Assembly: GCA_964499645.1 (NCBI GenBank)
Contig: CAZCLV010000002.1
Span: 1-34,633, forward strand
Source of the DNA: an uncultured Mycoplasma sp.
GTDB lineage: Bacteria > Bacillota_I > Bacilli_A > RF39 > UBA660
DNA length: 34,633 nucleotides
Reading direction: 5' to 3'
The position numbers were made by a program, and so were the translations under genes. Below, one piece after another: positions 34,551 through 34,633 of this stretch. Below the pieces are notes generated by a model. The model worked only from the letters and a program-made list of their open reading frames with translations. It made no database searches and was not told where the DNA came from. How positions within the stretch are numbered: the stretch's first letter is position 1; the number at the start of each line of letters is the position of its first letter.

Positions 34551-34594
34551 TATATTTTTAAATTCTTTGTAATTTTTAGTGAATTTTCATTTGA

Positions 34595-34623
34595 AATTCC
34601 GTTTTTTATATAAAAGCGGAATT
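34595..34623. terminator. Inverted repeat upstream of the locus promoter (insulating terminator of the neighbouring gene, or an operator)
   Basis: AATTCCG....CGGAATT with an A/T palindromic interior (AATTCCGTTTTTTATATAAAAGCGGAATT). No clean T-tail on either strand. Confidence 0.3.
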
Positions 34624-34633
34624 AAATATGATT

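Noticed and set aside
13616-34633. Mobile genomic island, prophage or ICE
   Set aside because: No integrase, recombinase, transposase, tRNA attachment site or flanking direct repeats are detectable within the window. Accessory status is inferred only from position next to smc and cannot be called mobile.
1-34633. CRISPR arrays, tRNA/rRNA genes, riboswitches
   Set aside because: Scanning intergenic regions showed no regularly spaced direct repeats, no cloverleaf-compatible GC-rich segments and no recognisable riboswitch cores. The intergenic spaces are short and AT-rich.

Overview
Visibly AT-rich segment (roughly three quarters A+T by eye, not computed) from a spore-forming low-GC Firmicute. 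No rRNA, tRNA, CRISPR array, transposase or integrase was seen. Most genes share a GGTGAT-N3-4-ATG ribosome-binding pattern, which I used to correct several over-extended TTG/GTG starts in the ORF track.

Positions 1-13.6 kb are ordinary housekeeping and sporulation genes: an ABC-F ATPase, sigG, ylmC/ymxH, a PflX-like radical SAM protein, comEC and comEA, a SEDS protein, an unlisted 57-aa YjcZ-like ORF, def, and a short smc.

Positions 13.8-34.5 kb form one tightly packed gene cluster, almost entirely on the minus strand, and this is the main finding. It encodes:
- eight proteins with SipW-cognate (TasA/camelysin-class) signal motifs, in two motif classes, plus one uncleaved membrane-anchored relative;
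- three SipW-family signal peptidase homologues: one canonical, one fused to a cytoplasmic extension of about 545 aa, and one lacking the catalytic residues;
- a 1230-aa GLUG-repeat surface protein;
- a translationally coupled 47-aa plus 542-aa cytoplasmic pair of unknown function;
- a membrane-tethered McrB-type AAA+ NTPase with an McrC-N-terminal-like partner that appears to lack a nuclease, wedged between two peptidase genes with 3-13 nt spacings.

Two tandem major-subunit paralogues carry shuffled cysteine-loop mini-modules. They also share mosaic tracts of identical DNA and are separated by hairpins and a strong promoter.

I read this as a previously undescribed, NTPase-associated TasA/SipW-type surface-fibre system. 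All family assignments come from motif recognition by eye and need profile or structure searches.
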